Assembly: GCA_019058315.1 (NCBI GenBank)
Contig: JAHPZH010000001.1
Span: forward strand, 1,137,432 to 1,201,431
Length of the DNA: 64,000 nucleotides
Source of the DNA: Candidatus Helarchaeota archaeon
GTDB taxonomy: Archaea > Asgardarchaeota > Lokiarchaeia > Helarchaeales > RDOG01
Reading direction: 5' to 3'
In this document: in pieces, positions 51,718 through 61,274 of the stretch
Layout: every line of letters begins with the position of its first letter
Numbering within the stretch: position 1 is the first letter of the stretch
Program-made: the position numbers and the translations under genes
Notes under the pieces: generated by a model
Databases searched by the model: none
Told to the model about the DNA's origin: nothing
Seen by the model: the letters and a program-made list of their open reading frames with translations, nothing else

Positions 51718-54378
51718 TTATAATTCTTTTAAGAGTTTTAAAGCTTCTTCGTAATCTGGATCGATTTCAAGAGCTTTTTTCACGCATTCTTCGGATTCTG
51801 CCTTGTTATTTAGCTTTTTATGAGCAATTCCTAGGTAATACCAAGCCTCTTTAGATTGAGGACGGAATCCAACAGCTATTTTTAGATATTGCATTGCTTT
51901 TTGATGATTTCCTAATTCTAAATAAGATTTTCCACAATCAAACCGGGGAGAATAATCATCCTCTATATATATTGCCCTTTCAAAATATTCGATTGCCTCT
52001 TGGTATTTTTTAAGACCATTAAGGGCCCAACCAACACTGTGTAGTGCATGTTGATCCATTGGATTTAGTTCTATAGCTTTTTTACAATATTCATAAGCTT
52101 TTTCATATTGACCCCATTGACCATAAGTCCAACCAGTATTGTTCCACACTAGATTGCTATTAGGAAAAATTTTTAAAGCCTCTTCTCCAGACTCAGCAGA
52201 TTTTTCATAATCTTTTATTTTACAATAGGCTAAGATTAAATTGTTCCATGATGTTTCCCATTCGTTATTAAAGTCAATGGATTTTAGATACCACTCAATT
52301 TCCTTTTCATAATTACCCATTCGACGATATGCAAAACCAATATTATACATAATTCTATTATTATCCACACCTTCTGGATCTTTCCTTAGAATCTCCAGGT
52401 AATTTTCAATTGCTTTTTCAAATTTTTTCTGATTTAAATATTCATAAGCTAACTTATCTTGATAATAACGATCATCTGGATGGGATCTAACGTTTTCTAT
52501 TAAATCGTTTAATAATTGTTCATTTTTTGATTCTTCTAATTCCTCTAAAAGCCTTTTTACATCTTGGTTATCGGGCTGAAGTTCTAATAATTTTTTAAAT
52601 GATTCATAAGCTCCTCTAAAATCTCCACTTTCTTTCTGGGCAATCCCAAACATGTTCCAATATTCTGGATTGTCCTCATATTCGTCGGAATACCTTAATT
52701 CATCAAAACAATTTGTCATCCTTTCATAATCTTGTTTCAACTTAAACAGTGCAAATCCCATATCAAATAAAGATGGTTGATGCCAATATTGAAGTTCAAG
52801 AGCTTTTTCTAATTTCTCTTTGGCTTTTTCATACTTTCCTAACTTGTTATAAGCCCATCCAATTGAATGCCAAGAGTATGCGGCATTAGGATCAAGATCT
52901 ACCGCTTTTTGACAATACTCCAAAGTTTTATCATACTGTCCAATCTGACCAAGACTCCACCCTAAACCATTCCAAGCATCAGCCATTTGAGGATCAAGTT
53001 CGGTTGCTTTCTGAAAATAATTTGCTGCTTTTTGCCAATCTTTAATGTCAATATAATTATTTCCCTGAGTATACCATGTGTCTGCATCATTAGGATTCTC
53101 TTCCAATTCTTTCTCTTTTTCTCTAATATATTCTTTAGACCTTAAACTATTAAAGAATTCGTTAAGGAATTTATTGATGGTAGAGTCTTCTATATTAGTA
53201 GAATTTCTAAGCGTTCTTAATTCTTGAGTGCTTAAAATCAAATTATTTCCTAAAAAGATTATTGTTTCTTTTTTAGATTCTTCAACCATATTTATAATAG
53301 CTGCAGAAAATACTCCTGTCGTAATCTTATCCTTTATTTTTTTAAGGAATCCTAAATAGGCAGATTTAACCTCTGCTTTATCAATAATCAAATGTTGAAA
53401 TAACAAGGTCAAGACTGAGAGGGATATATCACTTAATAATGCAGTGGAGGAGAATTCATAATTTTTCTTGGAAATTACTTCAATGATTTTATCAATTGCT
53501 CTTTTTACTCCTTCATTTGATAATATTTTAGCAGCCCCTCTGATTATTTTCTCATCTTTCTCTTCAAGTGCCTCTATTAGCAGATTCTCAGCCTTTGGGG
53601 TCTTAGATCTCCCAAGTGCCCACATTGCCTCCCATTTTATGAATTCATCATCACTTTTGAGTAATTTAATCAAGGGATCAATTGCTCTTTCACCTCCGAT
53701 TTCCCCAAGAGCTTTTATAGTTCGTAATACTACATTTCTATTCTCATCTTCTAGCAATTTAAGCAAAGGTTCTATAGATTTGTTATCCCCAATCCTTCCA
53801 AGAGCACCTACTGCCTCTCGTCTAATAAAACTATTTTTATCCTTAAGGGACTCAGTTAAAGAATCCAAAACGTCAGGGAATTTCAGTTTTCCCAAAGTTT
53901 TGATAGCTTCTAATCTGACCATTTCTGATTTATCATTTAGAAATTTGGCGATATCTTTAGCAGATATTTGGGCATCTAATATACCTAGCGTCTTGATTGC
54001 TTCAATACGAACTTTTTCTTCAGGATCTTCTAATAATTTAATGAGAGGATCGATTGCCTTTGTAATACCATCTATATTTCGGATGGAAATAATGGCAGCA
54101 ATTCTTACATCAACATTTTTATCGTTTAATAAATCAATAAGATGATGTTCCTTCCCTTCTGGATTCCTTCCAATTGCAAAAGCCGCCTCTTCTCGAATTT
54201 TTTCATACTTATCTTTTGAAGCTTGAACTAAAGTTGAGAAAATTTTTTTTCCACCAATTTCCCCTAAGACTTTTAACGCTTCTTTACGAATAAGATAATT
54301 ATATTCATCAGAATTATTGTAAATTTCCTTTAATTTATCAGTATCTCTTTTTTCTTTCGATGACTTTACAACAAACAA
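51718..54378 (-). CDS. HEAT (PBS-lyase-like) repeat plus TPR repeat protein
   Basis: The N-terminal half has L.D....VR..A..ALG repeats; the C-terminal half has many W...G...Y..A....KA.EL.P repeats. Confidence 0.88.
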   Translation of the reverse strand: MFVVKSSKEKRDTDKLKEIYNNSDEYNYLIRKEALKVLGEIGGKKIFSTLVQASKDKYEKIREEAAFAIGRNPEGKEHHLIDLLNDKNVDVRIAAIISIRNIDGITKAIDPLIKLLEDPEEKVRIEAIKTLGILDAQISAKDIAKFLNDKSEMVRLEAIKTLGKLKFPDVLDSLTESLKDKNSFIRREAVGALGRIGDNKSIEPLLKLLEDENRNVVLRTIKALGEIGGERAIDPLIKLLKSDDEFIKWEAMWALGRSKTPKAENLLIEALEEKDEKIIRGAAKILSNEGVKRAIDKIIEVISKKNYEFSSTALLSDISLSVLTLLFQHLIIDKAEVKSAYLGFLKKIKDKITTGVFSAAIINMVEESKKETIIFLGNNLILSTQELRTLRNSTNIEDSTINKFLNEFFNSLRSKEYIREKEKELEENPNDADTWYTQGNNYIDIKDWQKAANYFQKATELDPQMADAWNGLGWSLGQIGQYDKTLEYCQKAVDLDPNAAYSWHSIGWAYNKLGKYEKAKEKLEKALELQYWHQPSLFDMGFALFKLKQDYERMTNCFDELRYSDEYEDNPEYWNMFGIAQKESGDFRGAYESFKKLLELQPDNQDVKRLLEELEESKNEQLLNDLIENVRSHPDDRYYQDKLAYEYLNQKKFEKAIENYLEILRKDPEGVDNNRIMYNIGFAYRRMGNYEKEIEWYLKSIDFNNEWETSWNNLILAYCKIKDYEKSAESGEEALKIFPNSNLVWNNTGWTYGQWGQYEKAYEYCKKAIELNPMDQHALHSVGWALNGLKKYQEAIEYFERAIYIEDDYSPRFDCGKSYLELGNHQKAMQYLKIAVGFRPQSKEAWYYLGIAHKKLNNKAESEECVKKALEIDPDYEEALKLLKEL

Positions 54379-54506
54379 TTAATTCATCTTCCATTATTTA
54401 TTTTCTTTCAATAATAATAACTAAAAGTTGATTTCTTTTTAAAAAACTTTCATTTGATTATTTTTTAATCAATAATTAAAGTTTATATCATGAAATAATA
54501 CTTTAA

Positions 54507-54538
54507 TTAATGCAATTAAAAAAATTTAATTACATTAA
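54507..54538. promoter_or_regulatory. Imperfect inverted repeat in the divergent promoter region, possible operator
   Basis: TTAATGCAATTAAA-aaaa-TTTAATTACATTAA (13/14 pairs) lies about 20 nt after a TTTATA box at 54482. Confidence 0.3.
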
Positions 54539-54581
54539 ATTATAAAATTTTCTAGAAATTGGGTTCGATGGAGAAAAAAAC

Positions 54582-57500
54582 ATGAATTTCGGTGAAACCT
54601 ACTTATTTTATTTAAAAAGTGCAGATGAGAAGTATTATCGAGTTTCTATCTATGAAGAAGAAGAAAGAACGTATTATTACAGACGAGAATACAAGAAATT
54701 TCGGTATTGTATGAGAATTTTATATGATAAAAAGAATGGAAACAGGTTTAAAAAACTCGATGTTGAAAAAGATAAACAAAATAAGGCAAGATCCCCATTT
54801 TATAAGCGTATTGGCAAACCTAGAGCAGGTTATGATCCTTATTATGTGTCATATTATGATAAATTTGAAGAACTAATCCCCGAAACCCCCGAACAATTTC
54901 TAGAAGTTCTAGGTTTAGAAGATTGCGAATATATTACCGAAGATGAATATGTTAATGCTATTTTTTCATCAATTAAAGATATAGTTGCCCCTGAAGACTA
55001 TGTAAAAAAAGAGAGACGATACCCACACGACTTAAAACGACTTTTAATGATAGCCATGGCAGGCGGCAGACCAACTCAGCGTAATTCGGCCATGAAACGA
55101 ATTTTAAAATGGAGCGATCAAGCTTCTGAGTCATATCATTTCCTAATAGAACATGGTTTGCAAGAAACTATGTTTGGGGCATTGATTTTAGCTACTAAAT
55201 ATAAGATTCTAGGTCTCGAAGATGTGGTAAAGAAAATTGCTGATTCAACAGACGAAGAAAGGGCTTGGATAGAAGGTTATAGCTTCAAATTTGCTCCAAT
55301 TTATGCTAATTTATATTTACATGCTATAACGAACGGTCAACAACCATACATTTGGAAAGACATAGAAAAAATAGCTAATTTAATGCCATCAGATTTTGAA
55401 AACGCTATAAATTTCTTTACAAGTTACACAAAAAAGCCAGATAATGCTTCCACTTATTCTTTTGGTTATGATTTTAAAAAGAAGTATAATGTTGATGACA
55501 ACAACTGGCTACTTATACCAGAATATTTGAAGAATAAAACCATGGATGAAAAATATGAACTTCTTTTAAATGTGGCTAATGGTATTAAATTGACTTATGA
55601 TTATTCAAAATTACATTTTTTATTCAGAACTCCATTTAAAGTTGCTGAGTTAGGCAGGTTTTTGGATCTTCTAGCTTTTATAATGCATCTTATAGACCGA
55701 GACAATTGTACTTGTGGAACTTGTGCTTATTTAAGGCGAAGAGCTAAGCGAGTATTGAAAGAATGGGGAAGGGAAAAGTCTGAAGATTATATTAAAACTG
55801 TAGCCTTATTTTTTGCGCTTCAACCAGAATGGGTTGCCCCATCTTATTATTCTGAACGTTATAGATGGCAATTATTTTACAATAGGCGTATTATTAGGGA
55901 TTTACTTTATGGTAAAAGTAAAAGATCGGGATGGAATGGTCAACTAGTCCGAGGAGACTCGCCCGATATTTTATCTGACGAGCATTGGCAGACTCGTGAA
56001 GAATTCTTCCCCGAATTGTGGAATGAATATCCAAATTATGTGTGGTGGATTTTAGGGAAGACCAAAGTTCCTGCAATTTTAGATTTTTGTTTAAGAGTGC
56101 TTAACCAATCAGATAAGGGTAAAGAATTTCTTAATTCATTAAATCTAAAAGATGTTGTTTCAACACTAGAAATACCATATAATAGAATCCAAGATTTCTT
56201 TTATGAAATTTTGATGAATAGATTAAAAGCGATTGATAAATTACCAGAAGATTTAATTAGTATATTAGTAGAAAGTAATGGACCAAGGGCTTGGGAGCTC
56301 GCTGTTCAGCTTGTAAAAGACAATAAAGCAGAATTAACAGAAGATCAATTCATAATGCTTTGTATAAAGCCCAATCAACGTTTAATAGACTTTTGTAGAG
56401 ATCGTTTAGTAGGATTAGACGAAAATAAAAAGAAAAATATGACAATTCGTATATTTGAGCTTATTAGCATTGAAGAAGATGTTTATAGAATCAATCTTGG
56501 GCTTATAAAGAGTTTAATTGAACGAGCTGAATTGCCAATCTCTGGAGAAACATTAGTTCCACTATTGAGAAGTAAAAATACATTAGGTCAAGAACTAGTA
56601 TCAAGTCTGATAGAAAAACAAGCTCCAAAAGCAGGATTTCTTACTAAAGAGGCTTATATTTCAACTTTTGAAAATTCAGAGGTTTCCTTGGATCTTTGCA
56701 AAATGGTGTCAAAATTTTTAGATAAGGATATAGAAACCTCAACTTTTTCACTAAAAGAAAGTATAGAAATTATTTCAAGCCTATTACAATGTCCTCATGA
56801 AGAAATATTCCTAATCTATGATAGATTATCTGAAAATTTGATATCAAGGACTCCTGAGGGTTCAAATTTATTGCTAGACGGTATAGTTAAAAACTTGGTT
56901 AGAAAGGAAATAAGTCAGAAATTAAGAGAAACATTCCTAGAATTATTAAGGAAGACAAATATTGATATTTGGAAATCAATAGATTCTGAAATTGTTAATA
57001 ATATATCGAAATTAGAAGATCCAGATATTGCGATAATTGGAAATTTAGTTCTAAAATATCAAACTGTAGCAATGCCTGCCAAAGAAACTATTGATGTAGT
57101 AGTGGGTTCGGAAGCCCTTGTAATAAGAAGATATTTAATAGATATATTAGATCTCATCTCTTCAAGGATTGATATAGAGATAAATATTTTAACACCAATA
57201 ATTGAAAGCGATTTTAATGATCTTTTTACTTGGACTTCAGAATATATTAAGAAAGCTGCAATTGATGTCTCAATAAAAACCAAGTATCTACGTAAAATTA
57301 TAGATTCACCTGTAGTTAGGGTTCAGGAATTTAGTTTTAATGTTTTAAAAGAAATTTACAAAGAAAAACTCCCTTATGATATGATTCTCCACTTACTTGA
57401 ACACCCTTCGGAATATGTTAGGGGAGCTATCGCTGAAGAAGTTTCTGATATTAAAGTTTTTGAAAAATTAGTTAATGAAGAACCAGATCTTTTTCTTAGA

Positions 57501-57698
57501 TATATTAAATCAGTAATTTATTTACCGAATAAGCTTGCAAAAGCGAAAGATCGTCTTTTTGAATTGATGATTGATTTTGCTAACTCCTCTCCAAAATATA
57601 AGAAGAATATCAAGGATATTCTCTTGAATGTGGGTGGAGGAGCTATTATTAAAGATAAGGAGCGTGCACTTAAAGCATTTGTTAAGATAACTGATTAA
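54582..57698 (+). CDS. Large alpha-helical (ARM/HEAT-like) retron-associated protein with a possible degenerate WGR-like N-terminus
   Basis: Long helical C-terminal region with IIESD, IIDSP and LLEHP repeat-like turns; N-terminal DEKYYRVSI..MRILY strands. First gene of the operon with SWIM and RT. Domain calls are from recollection only. Confidence 0.55.
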   Translation: MNFGETYLFYLKSADEKYYRVSIYEEEERTYYYRREYKKFRYCMRILYDKKNGNRFKKLDVEKDKQNKARSPFYKRIGKPRAGYDPYYVSYYDKFEELIPETPEQFLEVLGLEDCEYITEDEYVNAIFSSIKDIVAPEDYVKKERRYPHDLKRLLMIAMAGGRPTQRNSAMKRILKWSDQASESYHFLIEHGLQETMFGALILATKYKILGLEDVVKKIADSTDEERAWIEGYSFKFAPIYANLYLHAITNGQQPYIWKDIEKIANLMPSDFENAINFFTSYTKKPDNASTYSFGYDFKKKYNVDDNNWLLIPEYLKNKTMDEKYELLLNVANGIKLTYDYSKLHFLFRTPFKVAELGRFLDLLAFIMHLIDRDNCTCGTCAYLRRRAKRVLKEWGREKSEDYIKTVALFFALQPEWVAPSYYSERYRWQLFYNRRIIRDLLYGKSKRSGWNGQLVRGDSPDILSDEHWQTREEFFPELWNEYPNYVWWILGKTKVPAILDFCLRVLNQSDKGKEFLNSLNLKDVVSTLEIPYNRIQDFFYEILMNRLKAIDKLPEDLISILVESNGPRAWELAVQLVKDNKAELTEDQFIMLCIKPNQRLIDFCRDRLVGLDENKKKNMTIRIFELISIEEDVYRINLGLIKSLIERAELPISGETLVPLLRSKNTLGQELVSSLIEKQAPKAGFLTKEAYISTFENSEVSLDLCKMVSKFLDKDIETSTFSLKESIEIISSLLQCPHEEIFLIYDRLSENLISRTPEGSNLLLDGIVKNLVRKEISQKLRETFLELLRKTNIDIWKSIDSEIVNNISKLEDPDIAIIGNLVLKYQTVAMPAKETIDVVVGSEALVIRRYLIDILDLISSRIDIEINILTPIIESDFNDLFTWTSEYIKKAAIDVSIKTKYLRKIIDSPVVRVQEFSFNVLKEIYKEKLPYDMILHLLEHPSEYVRGAIAEEVSDIKVFEKLVNEEPDLFLRYIKSVIYLPNKLAKAKDRLFELMIDFANSSPKYKKNIKDILLNVGGGAIIKDKERALKAFVKITD

Positions 57699-57710
57699 GG
57701 AGTTAAAAAA

Positions 57711-59354
57711 ATGAGTATATCATACCAATTTAATTATGCAACACCTTCCACTTTTGTCGAAAGTGCAGATCTTACTTCATTAGTCTTTTCTACAGATTTA
57801 AATCGCCCTGAAAAAGTTTCATTCAAAGGACGTTTGAAAAACATCTTGCTTTATAGGGACGCAATGCTTGCATTACGTCAAGTTGTAGTTTCTGACCTTA
57901 GAACACCAGTTAAAGATAGATCAGCTTACCTTGAGTGGGAAGGAAAATTTGTTGAACAACTCGCAAGAGAACGCTTAGGTAAAGTAGAGTCTATGAGGGA
58001 AGAAGTATTAAAAGATATAAAATTGCTAGAGCAAGAAAGAAAAGATATCGAAGCTTGGGAAAAAGAGAATTGGAAACAATATTACAAATTAGAAAGACCA
58101 TTTTGGAAATTCATTCAAAATAGGGATAAGGATTTGTGGTGGGTTTTAGATCCTGTAATTTCAGTTCAACCTGATATCGTATCATTTGAGGCTTTTTCTA
58201 AAGATGAATCTACATATGCCAGCTTGAGTGTTAATAGAGATGAATTTGTGATGGAAGAAGAACCGACGCTTGGAACCACTAATATTGACTTTAGTAAAAG
58301 GCTGGCTGATGAATTTCTTAGAATTAGAACAGACAATCCATTAGATTTATCTATTGCTCCAGAAGGGTTTACAGTTGAAACTGGAGAAAGACCAGCTTAT
58401 TTAGAAAAGAAAATAGATTTACCCGAGAGTTGGGTTAGAGGTTTTCTCCAAGTATCCTCAGCTTCAGCATTACCTGGTTATGATTTCAACCTCTCAAAAG
58501 TTGATGTTTATGTTATTTGTAGCTATTTAAGACGAAGAAGAGCTCGTTGGTCTCCTCGCTCTCTACGATGGGAATTAAAACCAAAATATAACATAAGAGT
58601 TGTATTTGAGCCTTGGGAAGAGGTAATTGAACTATCTGCTAAATATTTTGGTCCCGAACCTCAAATAATTCGCACATGGGGTAGAAGAAGGTTATTTCTA
58701 CTTGAAGGCTTAATCCCACATGCCAAAAAGTTTAGAGTACATTTACTGGGTAAAGGACTTCCAGCTTTTTACATCGCAGAAATGCCCGGTATGGTCTTTA
58801 CCTTGGGATTATCAGGTTGGGTTGCAAAAGACTGGTCTGGTGGAGCTGTTTTTAATGCATTATCAGGATTTATCGGAGATACAGTAGTAAAAGATATTGT
58901 TACAAAATTTAAGGAAAATAGACAATACGAGATAGATAAATTACCAAGCGAATTTAAAATTGATCAAAAAGATATAAATTCAACAATTGGCTATCTTTAT
59001 CGCCATGGTAGAGCTTATTATGACTTAGTTAGCTCCAAGATTAGATATAGAGAATTATCTCAAATCCCCTTCCCGAAACACTTGACAGAACCTTCACAAC
59101 TTGAAAAAGATGCTCGGAAATTCATGCCAAGTCTAAAAAATTTCAGAGTTAAACATAACCCAGATAAATCGATCGATGCAACTGCCAAGATGAGAGTAAA
59201 GGATAAAATAAAAGAAATTTCCTTGACAATGTCAGGAGATGGGCAGGTTAAAAAAGCAGATTGTCATTGTAGGGCATTTCAACGCAAAAAACTAACTGGA
59301 GGACCCTGCATTCATTTATTAGCCCTTCAATTCAAAACATTAGATTTGGATTAA
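57711..59354 (+). CDS. SWIM zinc-finger protein, retron-associated
   Basis: C-terminal CHC-x12-CIH (CxC-xn-CxH), LDPVISV..D..SFEAFSKDES and LPESWVRGF motifs; AGGAG RBS. Confidence 0.85.
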   Translation: MSISYQFNYATPSTFVESADLTSLVFSTDLNRPEKVSFKGRLKNILLYRDAMLALRQVVVSDLRTPVKDRSAYLEWEGKFVEQLARERLGKVESMREEVLKDIKLLEQERKDIEAWEKENWKQYYKLERPFWKFIQNRDKDLWWVLDPVISVQPDIVSFEAFSKDESTYASLSVNRDEFVMEEEPTLGTTNIDFSKRLADEFLRIRTDNPLDLSIAPEGFTVETGERPAYLEKKIDLPESWVRGFLQVSSASALPGYDFNLSKVDVYVICSYLRRRRARWSPRSLRWELKPKYNIRVVFEPWEEVIELSAKYFGPEPQIIRTWGRRRLFLLEGLIPHAKKFRVHLLGKGLPAFYIAEMPGMVFTLGLSGWVAKDWSGGAVFNALSGFIGDTVVKDIVTKFKENRQYEIDKLPSEFKIDQKDINSTIGYLYRHGRAYYDLVSSKIRYRELSQIPFPKHLTEPSQLEKDARKFMPSLKNFRVKHNPDKSIDATAKMRVKDKIKEISLTMSGDGQVKKADCHCRAFQRKKLTGGPCIHLLALQFKTLDLD

Positions 59355-59359
59355 ATAGA

Positions 59360-60748
59360 GTGGTGAAAATGGGTAGAAGAGAAGAATTATACGAAGAAAT
59401 TAAGAAATCATCCAAAGAAGTTGTAACTCTAAGAGAAATGATAAAATTTGGATTTTGGCCAAAAGATATTCCACTACCAGAAATAAATATGGAAATGGTA
59501 GAAAGAAAGAAGGAAGTAATTAAAAAAATTAGGGAATTAAACAAAGAATTGGTAAGAGAACGAACTTTTGATGATGTAGTGAAAGAAATTCGAAAGGAAA
59601 GAATGGCTGAATCTAGAAAAAGAAAAAAATTACGACGTGAAGAAAAAAAGAGATTATACGAAGAACGTAAAGCTGCTTGGGCCAAAAAGCGAGAGGAAGA
59701 AATAGTTCATGTTGGGAATAAGTATTCTGGAATGTTACATAAAAACGAGACCAATATAGAAGCTCTCAAACGTTTTAATTTACCCATAATTCAAAATCAT
59801 ATTGATTTAATTAAAGAATTGCAGATTGATCTCTCTACATTACGATGGCTAACATATCATAGAGATGTAGTTAGTATTTCCCATTATGTTCAATTTGAGG
59901 TTCCCAAGAAATCAGGTGGAATGAGAACAATTTCTGCACCGAAACCTAAAATTGCTGCTGCTCAAAGATATATTTTTGAAAATATTTTATGTAACATACC
60001 ATCATCTAATTGTGCTCATGGTTTTATACAGAAAAGATCAATATTAACTAATTCTAAAGTTCATATTGAAAAAAATCCAAATTTAATTATTAACATAGAT
60101 TTAAAGGATTTTTTTCCATCAATTACGTTTATTAGAGTTAGAGGTTTATTTCAAAAATTAGGCTATTCAGGACAGATCGCCACATTATTAGCAATGCTTT
60201 GCACGGAACCCCATAGAAAAGAAGTTCAAGTAGATGGCGATAAATATTATGTGGCTCTTGGAGATAGAGTGTTACCTCAAGGTGCATGCACAAGTCCAGC
60301 CATCACTAACGTAATATGCTGGCGGCTTGATTCTAGATTAAATGGCTTGGCACGTTCAAAAGGATTTGGCTATTCACGTTATGCTGATGATATAACCTTC
60401 TCTATTCCAAATAAAGAATTCAGGAGTGAAATTGGTAAATTTGTAAATACAGTCAATAAAATTATAAAAGATGAAGGTTTTAGGATTAATAAAAAGAAGA
60501 TTAGAATCCTTGGTAAACATAGAAGACAAGAAATTACTGGATTAGCAGTAAATGAAGGTTACCCGACCATATCCCGTAAATGGCTTCGAAAGCTTAAAGC
60601 CATTTTATATAATTGTAAGACCAAAGGAATAGAAAGTCAAAATATATCCTATCAAACATTACAGGGAATGGTCTCTTTCGTTAATATGGTATCGCCGAAT
60701 AAGGCAAATAAATTTAGAGAGGTATTAAGTAAGATTAAACCAAGTTAA
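59360..60748 (+). CDS. Retron-type reverse transcriptase with charged N-terminal extension
   Basis: PKKSGGMRTI, AHGF, NSKVH (region X, NAxxH-like), DLKDFFPSI, LPQGACTSP, YADD and ITGL (region Y, VTG-like). No maturase, endonuclease or Cas1 domain. Confidence 0.92.
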   Translation: MVKMGRREELYEEIKKSSKEVVTLREMIKFGFWPKDIPLPEINMEMVERKKEVIKKIRELNKELVRERTFDDVVKEIRKERMAESRKRKKLRREEKKRLYEERKAAWAKKREEEIVHVGNKYSGMLHKNETNIEALKRFNLPIIQNHIDLIKELQIDLSTLRWLTYHRDVVSISHYVQFEVPKKSGGMRTISAPKPKIAAAQRYIFENILCNIPSSNCAHGFIQKRSILTNSKVHIEKNPNLIINIDLKDFFPSITFIRVRGLFQKLGYSGQIATLLAMLCTEPHRKEVQVDGDKYYVALGDRVLPQGACTSPAITNVICWRLDSRLNGLARSKGFGYSRYADDITFSIPNKEFRSEIGKFVNTVNKIIKDEGFRINKKKIRILGKHRRQEITGLAVNEGYPTISRKWLRKLKAILYNCKTKGIESQNISYQTLQGMVSFVNMVSPNKANKFREVLSKIKPS

Positions 60749-60762
60749 TTATATAGGAAAGT

Positions 60763-60959
60763 TGGAAACCTTGGCTATTAGTTGCGGTGTCACGCCGTGC
60801 ATGCCGGACCGTTTACCATCCTTCACCGGTCCTTTCATCACTGCCGGCACTATCGACACTATCACAATTTGCGAAGCCAACCTAAGAGGTTCAAATTGCG
60901 ATAGTGTCACGTGCCGTTGAGTAGAAAGTCCCGATCTTGGACTTGATGCAAGGTTTCCA
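60763..60959 (+). ncRNA. Retron-like msr-msd ncRNA, copy 1
   Basis: Terminal 11-bp IR TGGAAACCTTG/CAAGGTTTCCA, unpaired G at 60774, internal hairpins and a 17-bp stem at 60855-60908. Begins 15 nt after the RT stop. Confidence 0.75.
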
Positions 60960-60985
60960 TTACTTTCTTTCAAAGATTTTAAATA

Positions 60986-60993
60986 TTTATAGA
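60986..60993 (+). promoter_or_regulatory. TATA-like box for ncRNA copy 2
   Basis: TTTATAGA about 30 nt upstream of the copy 2 5' end. Confidence 0.45.
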
Positions 60994-61018
60994 AAATTTG
61001 CAAACCTAAAATAATTAG

Positions 61019-61211
61019 AAGACCTTGGCTATTAGTTGCGGTGTTACGCCGTGCATGCCGGACCGTTTACCATCCTTCACCGGTCCTTTCGTCACTGCCG
61101 GCACTATCGACCCTATCGAAATTTGCGAAGCCAACCTGAGAGGTTCAAATTCCGATAGGGTCACGTGCCGTTGAGTAGAAAGTCCCGATCTTGGACTTGT
61201 TGCAAGGTCTT
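61019..61211 (+). ncRNA. Retron-like msr-msd ncRNA, copy 2
   Basis: Terminal 9-bp IR AAGACCTTG/CAAGGTCTT, unpaired G at 61028 and variable stem at 61109-61162. Confidence 0.75.
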
Positions 61212-61218
61212 ACCTCTC

Positions 61219-61226
61219 TTTTTTTT
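61219..61226 (+). terminator. Oligo-T terminator after ncRNA copy 2
   Basis: T8 tract shortly after the closing stem. Confidence 0.55.
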
Positions 61227-61236
61227 AAAAAGATTA

Positions 61237-61250
61237 CGAAAATTATATAT
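61237..61250 (+). promoter_or_regulatory. BRE-TATA-like promoter for ncRNA copy 3
   Basis: CGAAAA-TTATATAT centred about 29 nt upstream of the copy 3 5' end. Confidence 0.55.
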
Positions 61251-61274
61251 ACATAAAAATAGACAAAAATAACT

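Noticed and set aside
53468-54145. 225-aa antisense ORF in the HEAT gene, and similar shadow ORFs (for example 59332..59685, 14190..14564, 36457..36840)
   Set aside because: They lie antisense to well-supported genes and show the S/F/L/I-rich composition expected from reverse-complement codons.
60871-60877. GCGAAGC (a known ultra-stable DNA mini-hairpin) on the + strand of all three stem tips, which would argue for a + strand DNA product
   Set aside because: Promoter and terminator positions, G-U polarity and RT orientation all favour a + transcript and a minus-strand cDNA. The motif also overlaps the closing pair of the stem. It remains a caveat on the strand assignment.
60749-61003. 84-aa minus-strand ORF over ncRNA copy 1
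   Set aside because: It is best explained as a chance frame through GC-rich structured sequence, and it has no recognisable motifs.
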